NCBI GenBank assembly: GCA_045837725.1
Contig: JBEWZL010000221.1
Location: forward strand, 62,001 to 126,000
Direction: 5' to 3'
DNA: 64,000 nucleotides
Origin: Vermamoeba vermiformis
Lineage: Eukaryota
Below are positions 1 through 12,996 of this stretch, piece after piece (within the stretch, counting starts at the first letter, position 1; each line of letters starts with the position of its first letter). The notes below the pieces were generated by a model. It did not search any database and had not been told where the DNA came from. It saw only the letters and a program-made list of their open reading frames with translations. The translations under genes and the position numbers were made by a program.

Positions 1-3000
1 TTGGGAAGTTCACCATACATGTCGATGATTGCATTCAACAAATGAATCATTTGCGCTGACTTCTCTTCGTCCTCAATCTGCATGAATCGTTCACGAATCT
101 TATTTTCGTTTCGTATAATGTGTTCGTGTAAGTACGCGAGTGAGTTGAGTCGAACTTCGCTTGGCAGTTCAAGATCCATTTTCACTTTCGCTTGTGCTCG
201 CTCTTGTGGGTTCTAAGAATAAACTTATAAGTCACATTTGTTATCGAGAGAAGTTCTATTGTAAAACGATGTGTTTGGACGCGTCAAAATAAAATGAAAA
301 AAAATAAAAAATAAAAAATAAAAACACTGTTTCTCCTTACCAAAATGCTACGATAGAAGTCAGCAATCTTTGGTCTGTTTCGATTGAGGAAGTCGCTCAA
401 GTTCTCCATGTACGCTTCTTTGTTGTTCGTGGCCATGTTCGCAAGTGTTTGAAGCACTTTAGCAATCAGAACGAGTTGTCGTTGAGCCACTGGATTCGGT
501 GCTTCATGGAGAAGGCCGTAGTAGTGAGGAGCTGTCAGCGCAGGACCGATGTAACTACGAGGAGGCATGAAACATTAGACATTTCCTAATTTGGTAATAG
601 CACGCAGCCACTCACCGCAAGAACAAAAGACCGCCAATCGCTTTGAATACCGCGTCTTCATTACCAAATTTGTCCATGATAGTGTATGACATGCGAGCAA
701 AGATTTGACGGAATTCACTGAACGAAGAAGTCAGTCACGAGATTGGACCAATTAGCGTGAGGCAATTAACTTACTTTGGTACTTTGTCATCACCGTTCTT
801 GATCACTGTGAAAATCTTTTGACAAGCGAGAGCGAGTTGATAAACATTCTGATCAGTGTCAACACTCGCATCTTTGATCTTGTTCGGATCAACTTCCATT
901 TCAATCTGCAGCAACGATGCTCCTTTGTCATCGCTGTTCATTTTGTCTGCTTCTTTCATTGCCTTTGCTGCCACCGTGTTGAGTTCATTCACGACTGTTG
1001 AACATTAGTCAGTTATTACATTGACACTTTGACATTTGACATTTTGACACGTGTCAGTGGTATTAAAGTGTCACTCACCTCTTGCCAATGTGGACCACAA
1101 GTACTTTGTACCAACAAGTTTCGAGTAGTACTTGAACATCTTGCTGCCAATGCTGTTCAAACGGAAGATGGTGTTCTCGCTCGATGCTTTTCGTGCTTCT
1201 TCCGACACAAAGTACTGAAGCATTTCTGCACCTTGTTGCTTGTTTTGAGCCAAGAAGATCAAGTATTTTGCAACCTGAGTGAAACGGAGTCATTAGCGCA
1301 CGGTAGCTTAAATGAATCGATGTCGAACTTACAGCGTCTTGTTCAGTTGGTGCAGTGACTTCTGCGACAGCATCAACAAATGTTCGGTCACGACTCATCA
1401 AAACGTCTTCAAGTTGTCTACGCAAAGATGTATAATCAGTAAATGAACGATAATAAAATCAATTTGAGGTACTCACTGATAGTCATCCTTGGCGTTGATC
1501 TTGTATTTGAGTGTCAAATCAGTTTGATAAGCCACGGTCAAATAATCAGGCTCCACAACTTCGACGATCAATCCACCACGACGTTTTCGCCAGCGCATGA
1601 ACAGAATCAGCAGTACTGTGCCTGCAATCAGTGCCGATCCTCCAACTACAACTCCCGCAACCAGTCCTGCAACATCAATGGCTGCACTACAGTTTTCAGC
1701 CCATAGCTCGGGACTGCCGCATGTTGCTTGCGTTGTGCACGTGTTTGATTCTGAGCACCAGCCACAAAGATTCTTTGCGATACATTGAGAGCACGAGGTC
1801 AGTTGAGAGCAGTCTGTTTGGTGTTGTTTGTTAGCATTGTTGAGTGATGATAATGAGCCAAAGTGACTTACCAACGAAAGTGAACGGCACTGGTCCAGCA
1901 ATCGAAGTACTTTCGAACAACAATCTGAAGTTCAAACTGCTCTCGAAGATTACTTTTGGAGGTGTGCACATCAGTGACGATGAGTTGACAATCGTTGCGG
2001 ATACTTTTGGAACTCCTTCAAACTCGCAAAAGAACGAGTCTGAAACTGATCTCTTCTTTGTTGTGGTCGTTTCGTTTGACACCACTGAAGCAAGAGCAAC
2101 AAATGGATCGATGGAAGGGTTGACATCGATTGTCAGAGTGTCGTTGCCGAATAATGTTGCGTAGTTTGGAGAAACTGTCAGATCTGACAAAAAATATATT
2201 TGATTTAGCAAGTCATAACTTCAAATTAATAACAACAATAACACTCACCAATGCATTGTCGCAAAAAGAACTCTTCAGAGCCAGTGCATCGAGTTCGAGG
2301 ACCACACGACTTGGTTGTCAAGCACCAACCACAGTACGGTGAGTCTGACATGCATTGTGACTGACATCCTGATCCTGTCGAGAACGAGTTGCAGCCTAAA
2401 AGTAATTGCGTAAGATAATGCCATATGATAAGATCTCTATGCTCGCTTACTGAAGAAAGTGAAGTTGAGAGGAGTGTTTGGTGCAATGTCATCACCGTTC
2501 AATAACACACGCAACTGAACGTCACCAATCAAACGACGGCGAGAAGGCGTGACACAAGTCAAGATGTTTGCATTGACAGCATTAATGGTCGTGCTATCAG
2601 CAGGCTGATCATCGAACAAGCACGTGTACGAAAAGTCAGCACGGTTGAAGAACGGTCCGCCAGAAACAACGACTGTTTCACCTCCCTCAAAGTATCCGTA
2701 GTTTGGAGTGACGCTGTCGAGGGCTAGTTATGTGGTTAGTAATGCGTGATAGTGAAAACGAAATTTCAAGACGTACTTGGGCATTGAGTTTGAGTGATAT
2801 CACCAGCGTTACATTCGAATGCACAATACTGAGTGCACCAATTGCACCGAGTATTCGTTGGCGCCAAACACTCGTTACAGCCACTCGTGATTACGTTACA
2901 ATCTGTACGTGGAAAAGATTAGTACATCGATCATTTCGGAGGGGTCAATTTTCATCGTACCGTAAAAAGTGAAAGAGACTTGGTTTGTGTATACAAGTCC

Positions 3001-6000
3001 GTTGACTGAAATGTAGGCAGGAACGACGCCAACAGCAGCAGGAACAGTCATACAAGTGACACTGTTATCAGTGTAGTTCGCTGCAGGAACGGAGAGGTTG
3101 CCAAAGAAGCACTTGACACTGGTCAAACTGCTGACTTGCGAGAACGCGAACGAGCCACTTAACACTACCACTTCATCACCGAGTGTTGATGCACTCGATG
3201 GAGTTGCACTTATGATCGTTGGACACGTCGATGAGTTGCTCGATGTAGCTTGTGCTGCACACGTTGCACTGCCTTCGTGGAAGCACTGAAGGTTTGTGCC
3301 ACACCACGAGCATGTTGGTCTTAAATCAGAAGCACAGTCTGAACACGAAGTTGCAGAGCAGTCTTGAGACAAGCAATTAGCCAAGTGAAATTGAGAGGCA
3401 AAAAAGCACGTGCTTACCGTAGACGAGAATTGGTGCGTCAGGAGTCAATCGCTGGTAGCTTCCTCCGCCAATGTCAGCCCAAACACTCACTCTAGTCGTT
3501 CCAACGCTCAAGCTAGACTTAATAGGGCACGAAATGTACGTGCTGTTGGTGGGAGTTGCATCGGTCAAGTCTGAGAGTGCGACCGCTGTTCCAACGTTCC
3601 AAGCACACTTCAAGGTTGGCAGTGTCTGTCCATCGAACACAAACAAGCCACTAATGCGACTACATGAGAAATAGACATCAGTCTTGTGCTTTAGGCATAA
3701 GATTAACATAACTTACACAATGGTCGTGGCAAGATCGCCATAATAAACCGAGCTTGGGACCACGTTATTAATTGCTAATACAACATCATTAAAGCCTGCA
3801 TGATTACCGTTTAGTATTCATTATTACTTACCAGGACAAGTTCCAGTTGTTGAGCACGAAGCTGTTGCGTCAGCTTTGTAAATGCAAGAACGAATGCTGC
3901 CGAAGCAGAACGTGCAATCGTCACGAATAGTCACAGTGCCAAGTACATCAGTACATGTTGAGCAGTCTTGAGCGTACAATGTGCAATCTAGTGACGCAGG
4001 TTAGAACGTAAGAAAAAAGTGAATCACCAACAATTAAACATACCGTAGAAAATGAATCCAGATGTCGAGGTGTAAAGCTTGCCATTGGCATGAACGTCAA
4101 TAGTCGTTTTGATCTCTGCTTGACCACCCCGAAGTGTGTCCCATTGAGATCGAATGTCAGGCGTGCGACAACTGATCGATGTGCTGCTCACTCTTGTGGC
4201 TTGTGTCTCGAACTGACCATCGAACACACATGTGTAATTCGCATTTGGAACGACTGTAGGTGAGATCGTCAAAGTGATCAGCTTGTCTACACAAAGAGAT
4301 TAGTCATTGATGTTGAGCGATGATGCGTCGAACTTACTTCCTCGAATGGATGCACCAAGTGAAGAAAGTGATGTCACAGCTGAACAAGAGTGATTAGACA
4401 ATAGTATAATACGACACTGTGCGACTTACCAGGACAAGATCTCGTCCATGCATTGGCATCACATCGCTGAATCGATCCACAAGTCGAGTTTGTCAAACAC
4501 AAACCACATTCTGTTTCGGTGAAGCATGAAGCACAATCTGAACTTGCTGAGCATTCTGCGCTCGCATATAAATGTTAATTCAAACCACTAAATAACGAAG
4601 ATGTATATACGTACGATAGTAAGTGAATGAAGCAGAGTTTGTCGTCCACCAAGTGTTCTTCCAACGAATACGGAGATTCTTTGAGCCAGGTCCACTGCTC
4701 TTGGGACTAACACACTGCAAGCTTTGGAACTGAAGGTTGTTGACTAGAGTCACTGTTGATTCGTCCCACACGCAGCGGAAGTCAGCGGCATTGAGCAAAT
4801 CACCGGAGCTGTTTCCGAATGTACTTGTTACGTTGACTAATGTGTTGCCATCAATGGAGCCTCTAGCGGGGTCAAGTTTTTGAATTACTAATAAATAGCG
4901 TCAGACTGACAAGCCTATTAACATGACAGTAGGAGTGACTTACCAGGGCAAACGTAGAAGCGAGTATCTTGATACCATTGGTCAGGTTGAGAGCACTCTT
5001 GCGAAAGGGTGCAATTTCGCTCTTGGTTACAAAAACCGCAATAAATAGAGTCCTCAGAGCACGTCAAACAATCATAAATGGAACAACCTGAGTGAAATTT
5101 CGTTAGAAATCTACGCGGATAAAACTCGACTGTGCACAACAAAACTTACTCGTGATTTGCAATTTGTACACTGCATCGCCAGATCCACTCTTGGTTGACC
5201 AATACATCCAATTATTTGCCACGTCGAAGTAAGTAAAACCGAAAGGCTTAGCAACAATATCAGCTAAATAGACATTATTAATACGTTAGATTCTTCTTAG
5301 TATTTCGTGAATTGCATACCTGTTTGGCCAAAGTACTGCCAAGTTTGAGTCAGTCTTGTGATCGCTGATTGTGAGGTAGTTTTGTCTTGAGCGCCCATAA
5401 AAACGACGTCATTAATAGCATCTGATTGGATGACATTAGCATTAACTCGCGAATGTTCTTTTTCGTTGCTTACCATAACCAATCGCTGACACGCTGACAC
5501 CAGTCTCGAAGTACAACTGTCTGCTGAGCAAATTGGCATCGACCTATATCGTTATGAGCGCTATTGTTCAGATAGATGTTGCTTGTAACTAACTTACCTC
5601 GACAGCAGATCCAACACTGTCACCGACCAAAAAGGAATTTCGACGAGGGTTATTCACGACAACGGTGATCTATTGCTTTAATTAGTCGCTTTCCATACTA
5701 TATTGTAATTCACCGCAGTACTTACAGGATAGTTTCTTTCTGTAACGATAGCTGCATTTGATCCAACTTTGATTCCAACAGCCCCGACAGTTCCACGAGT
5801 CGGTGTATCGCGGGAACCACCGAAAAAGATCTATAATAACATATATTAACATCGTTCTGGTCATTAACAATGGATTTTAAGCTACATAAGGTAAAGAAAA
5901 TGAGTTACAATGAGCACCAAAAAAAAAAGTGTCACAAATGTCATAAGTGCTATAATTAGCCTAATTTCATCGATTCAATTGGGAACAAAGTAATGTTGAG

Positions 6001-6949
6001 CTTAATAGTTTACGTAGTTTACTTACGGTGTTCGTCGCGATGTCGATATCAATCGAAATAAATCTATTGGTGAGGAAAATTGTTGCAGGGGAAACGATTC
6101 CTTTGCCGATAGAATTTACGGCTCCAGAAACACCTGAATAGGCGACGATATCACCTGAAGAAGCGATATAAATCGTATCCGATTGTGGTGAATAAGCGCA
6201 ATCCTAAAAAAATGGGATTAAGTTTAGGCGAATTATACGGTAATATCATAGTAATTTACTTACAGCATAAGTGCCAACGTACTGATTGAAACAAAAGCCG
6301 CAGCTAAAGCTTCCCAAATCAGTTGTTCCACCGCTTGGGTTAGATAACGAGAATCGATACACATTTTGGTTCATGCAAAAGAAACCTAATGTAGATTGAT
6401 GAGTACAAACGTATTAAAAATAATTGGGAAATAATTGTTTCAATTTGCACGAGATTTCCTTTTCGATCCCAATTTTCCTACCGTAGTTTTTCGCTGGGGC
6501 TACCATAATTGCTCTTACTGCTGAAGATGCTGTGTATATTTTCTGTGCCGAAGCTACGTTATCGGGAGCATCAGTTAGCTGTTAAAATAACAATTAGTTC
6601 ACTTTTCGAACGGACCGTTTCTAGATGTGGACAAAATCTCGTGTCCACTTTCGCAAAGTTTTATCTTATATGTCATTCGTACTCGATAAATAGCGTTGTT
6701 GCCTCCCCAAAAAAAGATATTTTGTCCACTTGTCGGATCTGTGTAGTTTACGAAAGCCGTTAATCCAGCCATTCCTCCAATTGTTATAGGCGAGCCGATT
6801 TGCTACAATAACATAAGTTTAAAGGCCAAAATCATATAGCTCTTGTTTGAACGTACCACCATGCCTCGATCTAAAATTGTTTGACACGAAACGAAAGCGA
6901 GCCAATAGGCCAAGCAAAGCACCGATACTAACGCGTACTTTGCCCCCAT
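1..6949 (-). CDS. Plexin-like single-pass receptor: signal peptide, putative beta-propeller region, 7 PSI and 6 IPT/TIG repeats, TM helix, cytoplasmic RasGAP domain (multi-exon; 3' end runs off window)
   Basis: ATG at 6949 gives signal peptide MGAKYALVSVLCLAYWLAFVSCQ. Repeated CxxC...CxWC...C PSI motifs alternate with IPT-like segments ending in F[TI][YF]Y. TM segment VAGLVAGVVVGGSALIAGTVLLILFM followed by RWRKRR (~1673-1580). RasGAP motifs TIFRLNS (Arg finger), GGLLFLR|YIGPALTAP and LVLIAKVLQTLAN. Confidence 0.85.
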
Positions 6950-8255
6950 TAATAATCGCTTAATATTCCGAGCTCTGTTTTACAATGCAAAATCTAATCG
7001 TTAATTGTTTGCAACGATTTTTCCACGCTTTTACTGAACACATGTCACCAATGTGCACGTGCGATTCGTTTTAAAATTGAAGGGATTGAACCTCGATAAG
7101 ATTACTGTAAATATATTTGCCAATATGCCGCACTGATGTCGTTCTAGCTGGTCATAATTACGGCTATTAGATCTACTCGAAAGATCGTTCGAAAAGGAAT
7201 ACCATGTTAATCAGTCGCACTTGAATAGTATTCTAATGATATACGTACACTAGCGAGACGTTAAGAATCATAACGAGCCGTAACCGTTCCAGTTCGAGTG
7301 GCTCGGAAGTTTGTTGTTACGTGTGGTTGTGCACAGAATTGATTCAGATTCTTTCTTTTCGTCTCGAGAGCGATTGCACAAGCTCGACGTCATTTTAATT
7401 GGCCAGTATTATGCTGCGTGCCTCTGCTTCGTGCTGCAGCACGCTCTTTTTTGCAGCGGTAAGCGAACAAACTAGTAAAATCAACAAAATTAGTTTGGTT
7501 ATAATTTATAATAGAGTTTTCCTAAATAATAAAGGGTCGTAGAACCCTTAGAATACCCAAATTTCTGTTAGTGTGAATAATAATAATTTCTAAAAAAAAA
7601 TTAAATTACCTTCTCCACCCTTTACGTTAAAGATCAAGCGACGCGCATTATATTAATATTAATGTTAATATGCTTGGCCAATATCTTTATTTTGGAAATT
7701 TTATAATGTTAATCTGGCGGTTTCGTTCCTTTTGTATTTAATCCCTTTCCTTAAGTCCTTAAAGTGTTTTGCTATAATACTGCTTTACTTTGCAGCTGTT
7801 TATTGGTTTGTATTGCCTTCAAAGCAAAATATAATGACAATAATTTGTCTTACTGCTGCATAACGTTTGTATTGTTCGCAGCATTGTTATTATTCGTGTT
7901 ATTAGCATTACTATTGGTATTTTGATTTAATTCTGTGACGTGGTTCACATCCCAGTCCATCAACGCGATTGCCAGGCAATAACCGTGGCCGAAGTTGTGT
8001 TTAGAGTCGTTAATCATCGTCTTCATGCTATCTTTAGTGACTAAGATACTATTTTGATCGATCCAATTGTCGGCGACTGAATATTTTTCTTTGTAATAGG
8101 GCATTGACTCCTGATGCGGCCCATCCACTTCTACAATCAACAAGTTTTCGCCTTTTTTCAGTCGGTCTTGCAATTTTTTAAATCTTGGTGCTTTCTTGAC
8201 TAATTCTACGAATACTGGTAAGTAGATCTGCTTTCTAGACGAGATGTAGTCCAGA

Positions 8256-10824
8256 CACTGTGGTTAAAACACAATGTTTTTTAAAAAAAACAATGTTCGT
8301 AATAAAAAACCAGTGTTTATTTTAGTACATGATGTGTTATTCAAATCCGTACAAAGTAAAAAAATTTTGCCGTAGTTCAGCACCGCCATATTGATTTTCA
8401 GAAAATGAGCGCAGACGAGGAGACGACATGGAAACGCACGGAAGGGACAAAGGCATGTCAATTGCAATAACGGCAATGCGTTAGGATTTGTGCCCCAAGT
8501 TTTTGTATGAATAATTATCGATTAGTATTTTTTTCGTAAAAAAATAACAACACCGCATAGTCAATACGAAGATAAATGAAAAGGGAAAGATCGTCTAAGT
8601 AAATTCCAAACAACCTTCATAGCTCAAGATAAATGAGAAGCAACTATAAAGAAAATAATAACGAAAAATAAAACGTCGTGAATATTTTTAATCTGCGATT
8701 TCTCGCTCAGGTTGAGTGAAGCCAACCAGGCTCCTGGAACATACATGCCAAAAATATCGTACCTTCCAAAAGCAAAAGCGTTAAGCAACAGCAGCCGGCG
8801 AGTAAAACTACTCTCATCTGAGAAGACCCACGAGTGTGCGCTATCCCTATCAAAAACCCCATCGCATTCCACGCCCACCACGCACCCCCAGCAAACGGCC
8901 ACCCACCAGTCCAACCAACCCCAGCGGGGATCGGTGGCCCGCGGGACCAGGCCGGTATGGGGGTAAAGCCAGATAATTAGAATACGCACCTAGTTTTGCT
9001 CCGTACACAGACATGATCGGCAGACGCGCGTCATACGACCGCATTGGGAGTTCCTGTGAGCGAAATTCACTTTTTTACTTTGGCTAATGACGGCCATTTG
9101 ACTCGACGACCGTGAGAAGAATGGACGATGAGCCAATGCTGAAAACGACGATGTCGATGTGTTTTATTGATAACACTTTAAGCGAGTCGCCACAGTTTCG
9201 CCCAAGCCTGGTACAGAGTGACCAAGTCATGGTTCTCCTCAACCACCCAGCCCTCCTCACCGTACACGTGCGACAACGCTAAAGGCCACTCAATCGTCAT
9301 CTCCCAGCACTGGAAATCGCAATGGTGTTGCCAACACTGTGCAACCTGCTGCCTCGAACACTAATCAACGGTTCACATCAAAATCCAAGTCTCCTCGTGG
9401 TCCAAACAACAACACGCCTCCCGATTCACCACGAACGAATGAGAAGCCATCGACGGAGCCAAAAAGAAAGCAACAGGGTAAAGCCAAGTCACTTCCATCT
9501 GAAGAGCCAACCACAGTAAGTGAAAAGATAATGACGAATAAAATATCAGGAATGCGTCGAGAAATTGATTTTTGCGCGACAGCGCTAGAAATCGTTTGAT
9601 ATTACAAACACCAAGAGTTCGAGGTGTAGCGATAAATATTTACACCTCCTTCAACTGGCTCCACTTAATTTAATTGGTCCTACACCTTGCGGTGCGTGGT
9701 ATTATCTTTAACGCATTTATGACTTAGGGCCTGTCTTTCTGGCTGCGCTTTCAAGGTAAAACTTCGTCAAAATATTTAATCATTTAAGAGCATTCTTATG
9801 CTGACAACAGACACATTATGATTTTTCGAGGAGGAGATGAGTTTTTTCCGTTGCTGCACCATACGTTGATCGAAACACCCGCTTTTATGCTGTAAGTTAG
9901 CCTGCTTAATGATATGAAATAGTAATCTCTGCTAGACGGCGATCGATCTATCATTCGCTTCAGAAACCGTTTTGACGCCTGAAAGGCTTCAGCGACGCTT
10001 TCACGTATGTATTACGCTGCTATTCAAACTAAGACTCACCAAGAATCAGATGTTCCTGTGCATGCTCTCCGCTTACGCGTTCAAAAACGCTCCGAAGAAA
10101 TTTATACCTCTATTGAAGAGCACTTTCGCAATTGATTACCTGTGAGTTACCATCAATTTCACTGCCACTTTCTAACGATAACAGGATTTGACTCGCGATG
10201 CCTTAATTGCTGCCATATCAGAACTGCCCTTTGCGACAATCCGAGAGAGTTGCTACAAGTTCGTTCACAATGCAGCATCGATGTTCGATCTTCAAGTGAT
10301 GCCTTCATTCACCTTGATGAACGCACGCTCGGGAGCGATTGAAGAAGTTCAACCGTCGCAGAACGATTATGAAAAAACATTGATGCATATTGGTGTCAAT
10401 CTGCTTGCTCCTGAAGACGCGCACAACGCTGCATATCCGATGACAGAAGCGTTATTTCAAGTAATGCACAATTATTAGAACTGATTAACTAATTAGTTCG
10501 TAGAGAGTTGTCCTGTTAAAAGAGAGTGCTGTTTCTTCGACAAAACAGTTCCGTGAGCTCTTCAACGATGTTTCCGCTCTTTTTAACTAACGACCAGCTG
10601 CTGGCATGTTTCTAACTCTTCTTTAATTATAATTTTTAAATATCATTGAGAACTATTAATAATTATTAATATAAGAAAAATAATAACAAACGCTTGTAAT
10701 AATATCTATTGTATTTTTAAACACTGTTTATTAAAACGTTGTTTCCAATAAACACAAGTTTTTTAAACACAGTTTTCCTGGCAGGATTTTTCATTCGAAA
10801 AACAGCGTGTTTTACACCACAGTG
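8256..10824. mobile_element. CACTA/EnSpm (CMC)-like TIR DNA transposon, apparently non-autonomous, 2569 bp
   Basis: Left end CACTGTGGTTAAAACACAATGTTTTT; right end reverse-complemented CACTGTGGTGTAAAACACGCTGTTTTT. GA direct repeat at 8254-8255 and 10825-10826. Several subterminal AAAC-N3-5-GTTT motifs at both ends. It interrupts a coding sequence exactly. Confidence 0.9.
9121..10590 (+). pseudogene. Intron-containing internal (cargo or accessory) gene of the CACTG element, probably decayed; function unknown
   Basis: Protein-like segments (QPAASNTNQ...PSEEPTT; HIMIFRGGDEFFPLLHHTLIETPAFM; DLTRDALIAAISELPF...EALFQ) are separated by GT...AG introns. Frames are inconsistent at the 5' end and near 10135. 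No DDE transposase motif recognised. Confidence 0.5.
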
Positions 10825-11537
10825 GATGCGCTCCGCCTTTCTCTTTCAAAGCGAACTTGCATTTGTGGCGGTGGTGCATTCCAACAGGGTAACGAACAGG
10901 CTCTGCGTTCTTCATTCCTGCTTCTCGCCACTTCCAATAAGCGTCGTTTGGCTCGCCATCCGCGTTCAAATGTTTTTCGGCGGGCCATTCCCAAACAATA
11001 ACTCGATGGCGGAACGAAAATGGAATAGAGACCTTTGGCACTTCTTCGTAGACCTTGCTAAATTGCCAAATATTCTCCATCAGCCTTCCTTCTTCGTCTT
11101 TCAAGACATACGGACCGAGATCGCCCCACGCACTGGATTTCGTCAAACATATTATTCTGGTGAACCCTGGGTACTCAGGATACTCCATTTTTTTCTCTTT
11201 ATTATACCAACATCTTCCGACTCTTATTTGGCCTCTTGTGGTCATCTTGTTCGTTTTGTAAACTCGACTGGAGACCCAAGAATTCTGTGATTTTATGTGG
11301 AACTGTCGGCAACTTTTCCCGACAAGTTTTTTAAAATAAAATCATGTTAATGAAGAGTATTTTTAGCTGAATTAGCTAGTTCAGTCGGCTTTCCAGAGAT
11401 TGAAGTTGAACAGGCAAACAAAGACCTGCATCCGCTCGCACGTAACTTCGGCGAATAAAACGAAATAATTCAAAATTAATAATATTACTATAATATATTA
11501 CTATAATATAAGCCATTCTGGATTCTTTAATTTACAT

Positions 11538-12892
11538 CTAATTAACAGCATTTGTTATTTTAAATTTAAATTTGTTCTCAGTCCATTCTTTTCCTCCAGG
11601 CAGCATCGCGTGCTCACAAAACGTTAAATTATCTTCCTCGTCTATTAACAATATCGTTTGGGCTCGAGTACCAAACCTATTTGAAGATCTCGTAAGTTGA
11701 ACTGACTTGTTACATGGGAAAAAACGAGTATGCAGGTAAATTTTTAATTCCAAATATGGAAATATTAGCTCATTTTGCTTACACTGAATGCAACATCGGG
11801 AATGGCTCGATGAAAATCGGCTGCATATGTTTTTCAATTTCAAAACCGACACCTAAACAACGACCATAAGAATCGAGTCGTAATACCAACGTTATATAAG
11901 ACCCAACAACGTACCAGTATCAGGCACCATATCATCGCGAGGGACGTTTCTTCTGTCATTCAAAATCGTGTACAGATCTTTAATCAATTTGTCTTCATCA
12001 CCGTTATAGCTCTTAAGATCGATTTCGGATAACAGTTGTTTGCCCAATACGACTTTTTGCCACGGTGTCTCGAGAATACGGTTTGATAATCCATAAAACT
12101 GAAGAAAAAAATTAAATTAGATCAACCTTGGATCGTCAACAACCAAATTGTCTTTGCAAATATGTTGTGCTCGATATGCGAACATTATCCTTATTAATAA
12201 GTTATTATAATTATAATTTGCTTACTTTGCCCTTCTCTAAAAGTACTGGCTTATCACCTTCGTCTTTGTTTCCAAAATACCAAAGTTCGTCAACTGTGCC
12301 TAAAATTACGTTGAATCCGTCGTAATCATGCTTTTCTGCGTGTAATTTATGGATAAATTCGCGAGCTGAAACTGTGCTCCTATAATGAACATCAAATCAG
12401 CTTTTTGATTCACGAAATTTCAAATTGAACAGATCCACCTCTTTCATGAAGAGATCAATCGGTATAATATTGATTCCCATTTTATATAAGCATTTTTTGA
12501 GTATTATTCTACTTACTTGAGATAATCTAATAAAATTTGGCCACGACTCTTAGCATCTGTTCGTAGTTGGTCGAATGCAACGCGATAATTTGTGACCATA
12601 GCTATTCTGCCCGTCTTAGTTACGCCAAACCAAGTGCCTTGACGTGCAAGATCTCGACCTACATTAAAATTTATAAATTAACTTATTATTTTCAAATAAT
12701 TTCTCTAGAGCTAGTTATGCCTAGAATGTATCGGTACTATTTCATAAAATTATTACCTCCTAAGATCAAAAATCCTGAGTCTTCCCAAAATTTAGCAGCT
12801 TCTGTTGGACGATCTAGAAGCTCGTCTCTATTTGCAAGCACTATCAGCTTGTATCCTTGCGTCGCTCCTACACTTAAAAATATTACACACAT
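11538..12892 (-). CDS. TANGO2: TANGO2/NRDE-family protein (multi-exon)
   Basis: N-terminus MCVIF...LIVLANRDELLDRPTEAAKFW, then YDGFNVILG, LSNRILETPWQK and C-terminal FGTRAQTILLID. Confidence 0.9.
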
Positions 12893-12996
12893 ATTCTGTC
12901 GTACTTGTGCTTCTAATATCGTTTGAAAGAAAAATAACTGGTCTTTGATACAACAGAGAAAAGGTAGCCAAAAATTCCTGAGGTAAATTTCGTTAT

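Larger units (their letters stand above)
7850..11245 (-). pseudogene. Intronless NADAR-like (DUF6939-type, giant-virus-like) gene interrupted by a TIR transposon; 274 aa when reconstructed
   Basis: 5' half 11245-10825 (MTTRGQIRVGR...LGPYVLKDEEGRLMENIWQFSKVY...KEKGGAH) joins in frame to 3' half 8253-7850 (LDYISSRKQIYLPVFVELVKK...LLIVEVDGP...FGHGYCLA) after removing 8256-10824 and one GA copy (421+404=825 nt). ENIWQFSK matches the NADAR E-x-x-aromatic-Q-x-x-K pattern. Family call is from memory. Confidence 0.75.

Noticed and set aside
8256-10824. Transposon spliced out as an intron (Introner-like), since the minus strand has GTAAAA 9 nt inside one end and TTAAC-CACAG 2 nt inside the other
   Set aside because: The three GT donors in the TIR leave 8, 11 or 13 extra nt, all frameshifting. 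Only a weak upstream GC donor would be in frame. Junction reads would be needed to revive the idea.
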